A DNA stretch of 64,000 nt from Hydrurus foetidus (Eukaryota). Shown here in pieces: positions 56,440 to 64,000 of the stretch (positions are counted from its first letter, which is position 1; every line of letters begins with the position of its first letter). Made by a program: the position numbers and the translations under genes. Where the stretch lies: positions 496,001 through 560,000 of the forward strand of contig UYFQ01000032.1 in assembly GCA_900617105.1 (NCBI GenBank). Direction: 5' to 3'. The notes under the pieces are model-generated. The model worked only from the letters and a program-made list of their open reading frames with translations, made no database searches and had not been told where the DNA came from.

Positions 56440-57853
56440 AAGCCTTCGCGCCCAGTTGTCTGTGTGGGTGATGGCACCTTTGTTGGCAGTGGCGCTGTTG
56501 GATGCCTGGATGACCTACCGCAGCGCACAAGAAATGGCAACGCTGGTGCAAGACCGCATGCTGCTGGGGGCGGCCCGCATGATGGGAGAGCAAGTGTCTT
56601 TGGAGGATGGCGTGCTGCAAGCCGATATTCCCCCATCAGCACTTGAGCTGTTTGCCTCACCCAGCCAAGACCGGGTGTTTTACCGGATTTCAAAATCTGA
56701 CCAGCAGTTGCTGGCAGGCTACCCAGATTTACCCCTTCCGCCCCACCTGCCGCTGGCGGAACAGGCACTCTTTTTCGATACCACCTTGCGAGAACGTGCC
56801 GTGCATGGGGTCGTTTTTGCGCAACCGGTATGGAGCGTGCCAGGGCACGCCCCCGTGCTGATTGAGGTGGCGCAAACCCTGGAGGGGCGAAACGCACTTG
56901 TACAAGAAATATGGGGTCATGCCGTGCGCAGGCAACTCACCATGTTGGGTGTTGTTGCCTTGTTCTTGTGGTTAGGGCTAAGGTATGTCACCCAGCCGCT
57001 GGTCAAATTGCGTGACCGTATGCTGGAGCGCCGAACGGGCACGCTGGAACCCTTGGCATACGCGCGTTTGCCGAGTGAACTCAAGCCTTTGGTGCTGGCA
57101 CTGAATGACTATGTCGAGCGGCTGAACCAGCACATGTCGTCGCACAGCCGCTTTATAGCAGATGCGTCTCACCAGCTGCGAACGCCCCTCACACTGCTCA
57201 ATACGCAAGTTGTTTATGCACTGCGGCATAAAGATGCCGTTCGGCGAGAAGAAGCCTTGGTGGCTATGCACCGCAGTGTGCAGCACGGCATTCGCTTGGT
57301 GAACCAACTGCTGTCTTTTTCAAGGGCTGAGGCGGGGCTGGGCCAGTTAGAGCAGCAAATACCCGTCGATTTGGCCGAAGTCGTGCAACGCGCCCTAGAG
57401 TCGCTGGCCTCGGTTGCACAACAACGGCAGATTGACCTTGGTTTTTCGCAGCCACTTGACACGACGTTCATTTTGATTGCACCTCAAATGGCCTATGAAT
57501 TGGTTGCGAACTTATTGGACAACGCCCTGCGGTACACCTCCGTAGGCGGCATGGTGACGGCGAGCATCACCAAACGACCCAGCGAGGCCGGGTGTACCGT
57601 GCTCCACATTGAAGACAATGGCCCAGGCATTCCTGAAACAGAGCGAGAGCGGGTGTTTGAGCGCTTTTACCGTCTGAACGAAGCGCAGTCCGACGGCTGC
57701 GGGCTGGGTTTGTCCATTGCCCGTGAAATCACCAAATCGTGCGGTGCGGCAATTTCGCTGCAAACGCCACAGGGCGGGATGGGGCTGATGGTGGAGGTCG
57801 TTTTCCCTGCTTTATCTCCCACGCTACCTCCGACGATACATCCCTCGTTGTGA
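56429..57853 (+). CDS. sensor histidine kinase, TctE-like
   Basis: DRMLLGAA periplasmic domain start, FIADASHQLRTPL, NLLDNALRY, DNGPG, GLGL. Confidence 0.9.
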   Translation: MVFRSLRAQLSVWVMAPLLAVALLDAWMTYRSAQEMATLVQDRMLLGAARMMGEQVSLEDGVLQADIPPSALELFASPSQDRVFYRISKSDQQLLAGYPDLPLPPHLPLAEQALFFDTTLRERAVHGVVFAQPVWSVPGHAPVLIEVAQTLEGRNALVQEIWGHAVRRQLTMLGVVALFLWLGLRYVTQPLVKLRDRMLERRTGTLEPLAYARLPSELKPLVLALNDYVERLNQHMSSHSRFIADASHQLRTPLTLLNTQVVYALRHKDAVRREEALVAMHRSVQHGIRLVNQLLSFSRAEAGLGQLEQQIPVDLAEVVQRALESLASVAQQRQIDLGFSQPLDTTFILIAPQMAYELVANLLDNALRYTSVGGMVTASITKRPSEAGCTVLHIEDNGPGIPETERERVFERFYRLNEAQSDGCGLGLSIAREITKSCGAAISLQTPQGGMGLMVEVVFPALSPTLPPTIHPSL

Positions 57854-57854
57854 T

Positions 57855-58874
57855 TCACGGCTTGGAAGCCTTGGCAAATTCCGTGGTGAAGGTTTGCGAC
57901 AAATCAATGTGTTTGCCCATCACAGCCCGGTTGATGGTGGAAAGAACTTTCAGCACCGTTGCTGGGCCGGTTTCAGGCATCACGCCATCAAGGGTGAACA
58001 TGGACTTGCTGGCCGCAAGTGATTGGATGTAAAGCGCTTTGTTGCCCGCCCAATCCCCCGGCGGGAGTTGGTCTGCAATCTCTTTGGCAGAGTGAGAACG
58101 TATGAAAACCAAGGCTTTCACCAAGGCATTGCTTAAGCCCTGAACTTCGGTGCGATGGGTGGTAATCCATGCTGTTTTCATGTACAGACAGGCAAAGGGG
58201 TAAAGTCCCCCCAGGGCTTTTTGAGTCGCAGCGGGTGTACGCAAATCAACCAAAACTTGTGCATCTCCCGTGGACAGCAGGGCAGACGCAGTAGGCTCCG
58301 TGGTCATGCCGGCATCAACGCGGCCTTGTTTCAGTGCTTGGGTGAAGCTGGTGCCACTGCCCACGGATAACAAGGTAAATTCGTTCGGCTTGAGCCCATG
58401 CAGGCTGGCCAAATACAGGGTTAAAAATGCGGTGGATGATCCTAAGCTGGTCACACCTGAGTACCGATTTTTAAGGTCTGCGGGTGAGTTGATCTCACCA
58501 GCCAATCTGGAGGCGATCAATGCCACCTCACCCGGTGACTGGGTGAACTGCACCACCGATTTCACCGTTTTACCCTTGGCTTGCAACAGCACGGTGTGGT
58601 CATAGGCCCCAATCACGCCCTGGGCCGCGCCCGTCAGCAACATGTCCTGCGCATTGGATCCGGCTGATTCGTTCAGCAGCTGCACATCCAACCCCTGGTC
58701 TTTGAAATAGCCCAACTGCATTGCCAACCGGGCAGGCAGGTAAATTTGCTTTTCCAAACCTGCGGCAATGAGGACGATTTTGCCCTCTGAGGCAGCGCTG
58801 CTGCTATGGCTGCTTGCGGCGATCAGCGCGATACCGATCCAGCGCACGGTGTGGCGCATGAGAAAGCTGCGCAT
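57855..58874 (-). CDS. NitT/TauT-family ABC substrate-binding protein (orphan)
   Basis: signal peptide, GLEKQIYLPA, GYFKDQGLDV, GAYDHT, GVTSLGSST. Confidence 0.85.
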   Translation of the reverse strand: MRSFLMRHTVRWIGIALIAASSHSSSAASEGKIVLIAAGLEKQIYLPARLAMQLGYFKDQGLDVQLLNESAGSNAQDMLLTGAAQGVIGAYDHTVLLQAKGKTVKSVVQFTQSPGEVALIASRLAGEINSPADLKNRYSGVTSLGSSTAFLTLYLASLHGLKPNEFTLLSVGSGTSFTQALKQGRVDAGMTTEPTASALLSTGDAQVLVDLRTPAATQKALGGLYPFACLYMKTAWITTHRTEVQGLSNALVKALVFIRSHSAKEIADQLPPGDWAGNKALYIQSLAASKSMFTLDGVMPETGPATVLKVLSTINRAVMGKHIDLSQTFTTEFAKASKP

Positions 58875-59028
58875 GAAGTCTCCTTGTGCGTGGCGGGTGG
58901 CTGGGAATCCAGCCTTTGCACGTCTTCTTGGGTAAATTTTAGCTTTGCAGTGTGAACAGTGCCTTGTCATTTTTTAAAGACAACACCCTGATTTTCCTGT
59001 CATGGCTTTCCCTTACAGCGACCGGATC

Positions 59029-59044
59029 GAAAGCGAATTGAAAG
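59029..59044 (+). promoter_or_regulatory. GAAAG-N6-GAAAG direct repeat, possible response-regulator box
   Basis: 11-bp-period direct repeat upstream of the porin, near an OmpR-family regulator. Confidence 0.35.
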
Positions 59045-59136
59045 GTTGAATGCACTAGATTCGTATTGGGCACTTTACAAAGGCTCTGGGTGTTGCTGGT
59101 CAACGCCGCATGACATATAACTTTCAAGGACATCGC

Positions 59137-60483
59137 ATGAAATTCAAGCACCTCGCCCTCACCGCAGTCGCCGCCAGCCTCATCTCCGCTGGCGCTCAGG
59201 CGCAATCTATGGAGCAGTTGCAGCAGGCTTTGGCGCAAGCGCAAGCCGCAGCGGCACAAGCCCAAGCCGCAGCAGAAAAAGCCATGGCAGCTTTGGCTCA
59301 GGTACAACAGGCTGCGGCCCAAGCGCAGCAAGCAGCAGCTGAAACCAAAGCAACGGCCAGCCAAGCTTCTGCCCCCATGTCATCGTCCGCCAAAGGTGCA
59401 GGCACCGGTTTGACTTTCCAAAGTGGTGCGAACTCAGTCACTTTGTATGGCCTGATCGACGCGACCATCAGCAACCGCACCAACGCTGGCACGGGTGGCA
59501 AGTCCCTGACAGGCTTTCAAGATGCTTGGTTCAGCGGCAACCGCTGGGGCATGACGGGCAAACGGGACTTGGGCACGAGCGATGGCCTGAAAGCCATTTT
59601 CAGGTTGGAGAGTGAATTCAATTACCGTGACGGTGTCGGCCCTGATGTGCCGTCGCTGTTCAACCGCGATGCTTGGTTGGGCTTGGAAAGCGACACGCTG
59701 GGCAAGTTGACCTTTGGTCGTCAAAACACCCTGCCACGAGATTTTTCGCAAAACTATGGCGACCCCTATGGCAGCGCCAAAGTCACGCTGGATGAAGGCG
59801 GCTGGACCAACAACAACAATTTCAAGCAGATGATTTTCTACGCGGGTAGCGCATCGGGTACGCGCTACAACGACGGCATCGTCTGGAAGAAGCAAATGGG
59901 CGACGTGGTGGCCGGTTTGGGCTACCAATTCGGTGGTGTGGCTGGTGACTTTGGCCGGGGCTCCACCAAAGCCGCTGCATTGGCTTACAACGGCGGCAAG
60001 TTCAATGTGTCCGGCTTTGTGAACTCTGCGAGCGTGGCAGGTTTGAAGAACAACTCTTACTCGATTGGCGGTAACTACCAATTGGACATGGTTCGCTTGA
60101 ACGCGGGTTACTTCAATTACAAGGCAGATCAAGCTGCGGCCATCGGTCAGCGCAAAGACAATGGCATCACGGTGTCGGCGAAATTCACACCCGGCGGCAA
60201 GATGGACTACGAAATCGGCTACCAAGTCATGAAAGCGGATAAAGCCGCCGTCAACGCTTCAGGCTATGTGTTGAATGCCTTTGCCAATGCCAGTGCTGCA
60301 ACCGCCAGCGCCTCCGGCAAGCGCAAGACCTTGTACGGCTCGGCCTTCTACCATCTTGATAGCACGACTGATCTGTATGTCGCGATTGACCGGCTGAACA
60401 CCGACGGCACTTACCTTGCCGCTTCGGCGAACGGTGCCAAAACCCAAACCGAACTCGGTTTAGGTCTGCGCATCAAGTTCTAA
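59137..60483 (+). CDS. Gram-negative porin with N-terminal Ala/Gln coiled coil
   Basis: signal peptide, SVTLYGLID, GNRWG, AIFRLESEF, FNRDAWLGL, LTFGRQ, terminal Phe. Confidence 0.88.
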   Translation: MKFKHLALTAVAASLISAGAQAQSMEQLQQALAQAQAAAAQAQAAAEKAMAALAQVQQAAAQAQQAAAETKATASQASAPMSSSAKGAGTGLTFQSGANSVTLYGLIDATISNRTNAGTGGKSLTGFQDAWFSGNRWGMTGKRDLGTSDGLKAIFRLESEFNYRDGVGPDVPSLFNRDAWLGLESDTLGKLTFGRQNTLPRDFSQNYGDPYGSAKVTLDEGGWTNNNNFKQMIFYAGSASGTRYNDGIVWKKQMGDVVAGLGYQFGGVAGDFGRGSTKAAALAYNGGKFNVSGFVNSASVAGLKNNSYSIGGNYQLDMVRLNAGYFNYKADQAAAIGQRKDNGITVSAKFTPGGKMDYEIGYQVMKADKAAVNASGYVLNAFANASAATASASGKRKTLYGSAFYHLDSTTDLYVAIDRLNTDGTYLAASANGAKTQTELGLGLRIKF

Positions 60484-60520
60484 GCTGACAGCCACACCGT
60501 AGCGTAGCCGCGAAAGTTGG

Positions 60521-60555
60521 GGAGCGTGTTGGTAACAGCACGCTTCTTTTTATTT
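60521..60555 (+). terminator. intrinsic terminator after porin
   Basis: GGAGCGTGTTG-GTAA-CAGCACGCTTC followed by T-run. Confidence 0.75.
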
Positions 60556-60601
60556 CAAGTCGTGCTTTCCCCGTTGGAAAGTGCCTGATGTACTAGCACC
60601 A

Positions 60602-60616
60602 TAATGACAGTCATTA
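60602..60616. promoter_or_regulatory. perfect palindrome upstream of Bug gene
   Basis: TAATGAC-A-GTCATTA just upstream of the RBS. Confidence 0.45.
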
Positions 60617-60635
60617 CTGTTGAGGAGATTTTTTG

Positions 60636-61607
60636 ATGAAACGCCGTTCCCTGATTCAAGCCGCTGGTGCAGCGGTCGCCCTGCCCTCGTTGGCCTGGGC
60701 ACAAGACAAATACCCCAGCAAAGCCATTTCGTGGATTTGCCCTTATGCCGCTGGTGGCAACGCTGACCAGCGCTCACGCCAAGTGGCCAAAGTGATGGGG
60801 GCTTTGCTGGGCCAGCCTATCATCATCGACAACAAATCAGGTGCCGGTGGCAACATTGGCACCGAAGCAATTGCCCGTGGCAAGCCTGACGGCTACACCA
60901 TCGGCATGGGCAACATCGCCCCGCTGGCGGTGAACCAGTCGCTGTTCAAAAAACTGAACTTTGATCCGTTCACCGATTTGGTGCCTATCTTTTTGATCGA
61001 ACGTGGCCCATTGATGCTGATGGTCAAGACGGATTCACCGTTCAAAACGGTGAAAGACGTGGTGGCAGCGGCCAAAGCGGCCCCTGGCAAGCTGGCTTAC
61101 GGCTCAGGCGGCATTGGCGGCACCCACCACTTGAGCGGGGCCTTGTTTGAGCACGCTGCGGGCATCGACATGATCCATGCGCCCTACAAGAGCGGCTCGG
61201 CTGCAGCTACCGATTTGATGGGCGGCCAAGTCAACCTGATGTTTGAGCAAATGTACGCCGCCATGCCTGCTGTCAAGGGCGGAAAAATGCGTGCGTTGGC
61301 TGTCACCAGCAAAGTGCGCTCACCGCTGATGCCTGATGTGCCCACCATGGTCGAAGCGGGCTTTCCCGGTTTTGAAGTGCTGAACTGGCAAGGCTTGGTA
61401 GGCCCCAAAGGGATGCCCGCTGACCTCATCAAGTTGCTGAATGAAATCGGCAACAAAGCGCTGCAAGACCCCGATTTGCGCCTGAAAATCACCAGCCAAG
61501 GCAATGAAGTGGTGGGTGGCACACCCGAGCAGTTCGCCGCCCTCATCAAGGCCGAAGCACCCCGCTGGGCCAAGGTGGTGAAAGACGCGAAGATTGATCC
61601 GGAATAA
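60636..61607 (+). CDS. Bug/TctC tripartite tricarboxylate transporter substrate-binding protein
   Basis: Tat-like KRRSLIQ, PYAAGGNAD, NKSGAGGNIG, PDGYT, HAPYK, PDVPT. Confidence 0.92.
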   Translation: MKRRSLIQAAGAAVALPSLAWAQDKYPSKAISWICPYAAGGNADQRSRQVAKVMGALLGQPIIIDNKSGAGGNIGTEAIARGKPDGYTIGMGNIAPLAVNQSLFKKLNFDPFTDLVPIFLIERGPLMLMVKTDSPFKTVKDVVAAAKAAPGKLAYGSGGIGGTHHLSGALFEHAAGIDMIHAPYKSGSAAATDLMGGQVNLMFEQMYAAMPAVKGGKMRALAVTSKVRSPLMPDVPTMVEAGFPGFEVLNWQGLVGPKGMPADLIKLLNEIGNKALQDPDLRLKITSQGNEVVGGTPEQFAALIKAEAPRWAKVVKDAKIDPE

Positions 61608-61653
61608 GCCATAAAGCGTGAGCCGTGAGCTGACATCGGCTCACGCGCACAGG

Positions 61654-62805
61654 TCAATGCAAGGGCACTGCCGCAGGGATTGCGGTGGTGCCCATTTTGC
61701 TTTGGGCACCCGCATTACCTTGCGACTGCTCAATTTTCTCGATCATCAAATCCACCCACGTTTCCGCATTCAGGGTGATTTTGATGCGCACCGGCAGGTA
61801 CTGCAGCGAGGGTGCAAACCACATTTCGGCGGTGATCGGCCCGCTAGGGTTCGCCAAGGGGCGTGGTTTCAGGTGGTAGGCGCTGATGGTACCCAGGCGC
61901 GGGCTGGTCAGGGTTTCCAGCGCCACCACGTCGTAAGTCCATTCGGCCAAGGCGCTGGGGCGGGCCAGCCACACCTGCACCGTTTTACCCGGCTCAGGCA
62001 CTGCCAAACCCGTTGAAAAGCGGTGGCCCAGCTCGACAAACTGGCTGGCCGTATCTTGCGTGGCGGGCTGGCGGGTGACGTGATTGCCGTCGTACAAGCG
62101 CACCTGCTGCGCGTCCATCGCCACTTGCAGCGCTTTGGTGCCCAGGCGCTTTTCTTCGTAGGCGGCGGGTTCCAAGCCCTGGGGGGTGACAAGGCCTTGG
62201 CTGGTCATCGAAAAAATGGTGACACCGCTCAAACCCAGCTCCACCAGCACCTGGTATTTGGCACCGTCACGCGTCCACTGCACGCGGGCATCGCCCGTGA
62301 TGGGGCCACGGTAATTGCCGCTCAAGGCGTAGCTCAGCCGGGTGTCCAGCGGCCAATCGTCCAACGGTGGGGGAGGCGGTGGTGCGGGGGCTGAAGCCGC
62401 AACCTGCGGTGAGGCGGGTGATGGTGTAGATGCTGGTGGCAGTGCAGGCATCTTGGGGCCGGTGTCCGTTGGGATATCACCTCCGACAATCTCCCCGTCT
62501 GTATCCGCCTTAGCCTGCGCTGTCGTGGTACTGGCCTCTTGCGGCACAGACGGCGAGGGGTTGACTTTTGCTATGGTATTCGCAGCTGCCAGCACTGATC
62601 TGGGTTGCACATGCTGCGGTTTTGGCTTTACAGGAACTGTGAGTGGCAAGGGGGGCAAGCTGCTGCGCAACTCACGGGTGAACAGCGGCACGGCCATCGT
62701 TTTGAGGCGTGCAGGCTCTTGCCACAGCGAGCTCAGCGCCTGCAACGCCAGCAGGTGCAGGGCGATGACGGCCAGCCCAAGCCCCGCAATCAGGCGCCTA
62801 GCCAT
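61654..62805 (-). CDS. DUF3108-like exported protein with Pro-rich linker
   Basis: N-terminal hydrophobic helix, Pro/Ala-rich linker, WP--TRLSY, QDTASQF, EMWFAPSLQYLPVRI. Confidence 0.72.
   Translation of the reverse strand: MARRLIAGLGLAVIALHLLALQALSSLWQEPARLKTMAVPLFTRELRSSLPPLPLTVPVKPKPQHVQPRSVLAAANTIAKVNPSPSVPQEASTTTAQAKADTDGEIVGGDIPTDTGPKMPALPPASTPSPASPQVAASAPAPPPPPPLDDWPLDTRLSYALSGNYRGPITGDARVQWTRDGAKYQVLVELGLSGVTIFSMTSQGLVTPQGLEPAAYEEKRLGTKALQVAMDAQQVRLYDGNHVTRQPATQDTASQFVELGHRFSTGLAVPEPGKTVQVWLARPSALAEWTYDVVALETLTSPRLGTISAYHLKPRPLANPSGPITAEMWFAPSLQYLPVRIKITLNAETWVDLMIEKIEQSQGNAGAQSKMGTTAIPAAVPLH
62570..62624 (+). repeat. ~55-bp dispersed motif copy (inside DUF3108 linker)
   Basis: core GCTATGGTATTCGCAGC, GC at +21/22, TTTT at +34. 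Confidence 0.65.
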
Positions 62806-63998
62806 GCGCCGACCCGCGCTGCATCCTGCACGCCCAAGCGCCAACTGCTGCGGGACGTGTTCACCGCACCTGCGGAACCCGAGGAACCGGTGTGAGGAAC
62901 CGTCAAGCGCAGGCGCATCAGGCGTTTGTCGCGCGATACCAGGGCGCTGACTTCGGTGGCGGTGCCCGCAAGCAGCGGCAGATCGTCCAGCTTGCCCAAG
63001 CGCCAATCGTCTACCCCCAGCCATTCGTCGCCAGTGGCGAAACCGGCTTGCTCCGCCAGCCCGCCACGCAGCACGGTTTTGATACTGACAACACCCCCCG
63101 CCTCCCCCACACGCAAGCCCAGTTGTTGGGCCAGGGCGGCGGGTTCTTCGATGACCTGCACACCATGGCGTTGCAGCAGGTCTTGCCACGGCAGGTCTTG
63201 CGTGCCGTGTACCCAGGCGGCCAACTCGGGCGCGAAACTGCGGCCTGACAGCGCTTGCAGCACGGCGGCAAAGTCGGCTTGCGTCATGGGGCCACTCACC
63301 TCCCCGTTGTCCTCTGCGTTGCAACAACGCAGCCACAGCAGGCGCATCGCGTCATCCAAGGTGGCGGCGCTTTCCTGGCGCAGGGTCAAATCAAAACACA
63401 GCGCCACCAGCGCACCTTTGGTGTAGTAGCTCACCGTGGCATTGGGCGTGTTTTCGTCCACCCGGTAGTATTTTGTCCAGGCTTCAAAACTGGATTTTGC
63501 TACCGAATGGATAGCACGCCCTGGTGTCTGCATGACCTGATTGACGGTTTTGGTCAGCAGCTTCAGGTAGCCCACGTCGTCCAGCAAGCCTGCGCGGCGC
63601 AGCAGCAAGTCGTCGTAGTAGCTGGTGAAACCCTCAAAGAACCACAGCAGTTCGGTGTAGTTTTCTTGGTCGTAGCGGTAAGGCACGAATTCAGCCGGAC
63701 ACAGGCGTTTGACGTTCCAGGTGTGAAAGTACTCGTGGCTGATGAGGCCCAGGAGAGTGGCGTAACCGTCAGGTTGCTTCACGCCCCCGTCAGATTGTTT
63801 GGCGTTAAGCGTTGTTTCTGTGGTCAAGCGTGGCAAATCACGCCGCGTACAAATCAAAGCCGTGGAGTTGCGGTGTTCCAGCCCGCCGTAGCCATCGTCC
63901 ACGGCATTGAGCATGAACAGGTAGTCTTGGTGCGCAGGCTTGGCAGTGCCTTTTTTACTGGGGTGCCAAAACCGAATTTCAGCCTCGCAGATGCTTTG
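62790..63998 (-). CDS. M61 glycyl aminopeptidase with PDZ domain (5'-truncated)
   Basis: GGLEH, HEYFHTWNVKR, WFFEGFTSYY, SYYTKG; frame open to the window edge. Confidence 0.92.
   Translation of the reverse strand, partial: QSICEAEIRFWHPSKKGTAKPAHQDYLFMLNAVDDGYGGLEHRNSTALICTRRDLPRLTTETTLNAKQSDGGVKQPDGYATLLGLISHEYFHTWNVKRLCPAEFVPYRYDQENYTELLWFFEGFTSYYDDLLLRRAGLLDDVGYLKLLTKTVNQVMQTPGRAIHSVAKSSFEAWTKYYRVDENTPNATVSYYTKGALVALCFDLTLRQESAATLDDAMRLLWLRCCNAEDNGEVSGPMTQADFAAVLQALSGRSFAPELAAWVHGTQDLPWQDLLQRHGVQVIEEPAALAQQLGLRVGEAGGVVSIKTVLRGGLAEQAGFATGDEWLGVDDWRLGKLDDLPLLAGTATEVSALVSRDKRLMRLRLTVPHTGSSGSAGAVNTSRSSWRLGVQDAARVGAWLGA
63499..63553 (+). repeat. ~55-bp dispersed motif copy (inside M61 gene)
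   Basis: core GCTACCGAATGGATAGC, TTTT at +33; middle part weaker. Confidence 0.5.
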
Positions 63999-64000
63999 CG

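Noticed and set aside
1..64000. CRISPR array or IS elements
   Set aside because: No regularly spaced direct repeats, cas genes or transposase ORFs. The dispersed 55-bp motif is degenerate and not arrayed.

Overview
Ordinary chromosomal window from a GC-rich betaproteobacterium (gene content and order such as argB-slmA, murB-yajQ, MoxR/VWA, TRAP and Bug transporters suggest Comamonadaceae; this is an inference). About 60 CDSs and two tRNAs (Arg-CCT at 10386-10460 +, elongator Met-CAT at 44850-44926 -). Main blocks: a Pseudomonas-type (class II-like) phaC-phaZ locus; a GntR-controlled sugar-acid catabolic cluster (FAH, SDR, TRAP, UxaA, Ldh_2, UxuB, ManD); three toxin-antitoxin pairs (MntA-HepT and two PIN pairs); housekeeping genes; and a TctD/E-porin-Bug uptake locus. 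Two things stand out. (1) A tightly coupled four-gene cassette at 44961-54791 next to tRNA-Met, encoding a pseudo-CHAT/class III cyclase/AAA-NTPase/TPR sensor, an atypical P450 with features of hydroperoxide-metabolising P450s fused to an extra C-terminal domain, a DyP peroxidase and a membrane patatin phospholipase. This is a candidate lipid-peroxide/oxylipin signalling or conflict system. (2) A degenerate ~55-bp fixed-spacing motif (17-bp palindromic core, GC at +8/9, GC at +21/22, T-tract at about +33) found by eye 13 times, mostly inside unrelated coding sequences. No integrase, transposase or CRISPR array was seen. All calls come from reading the sequence; no searches were run.
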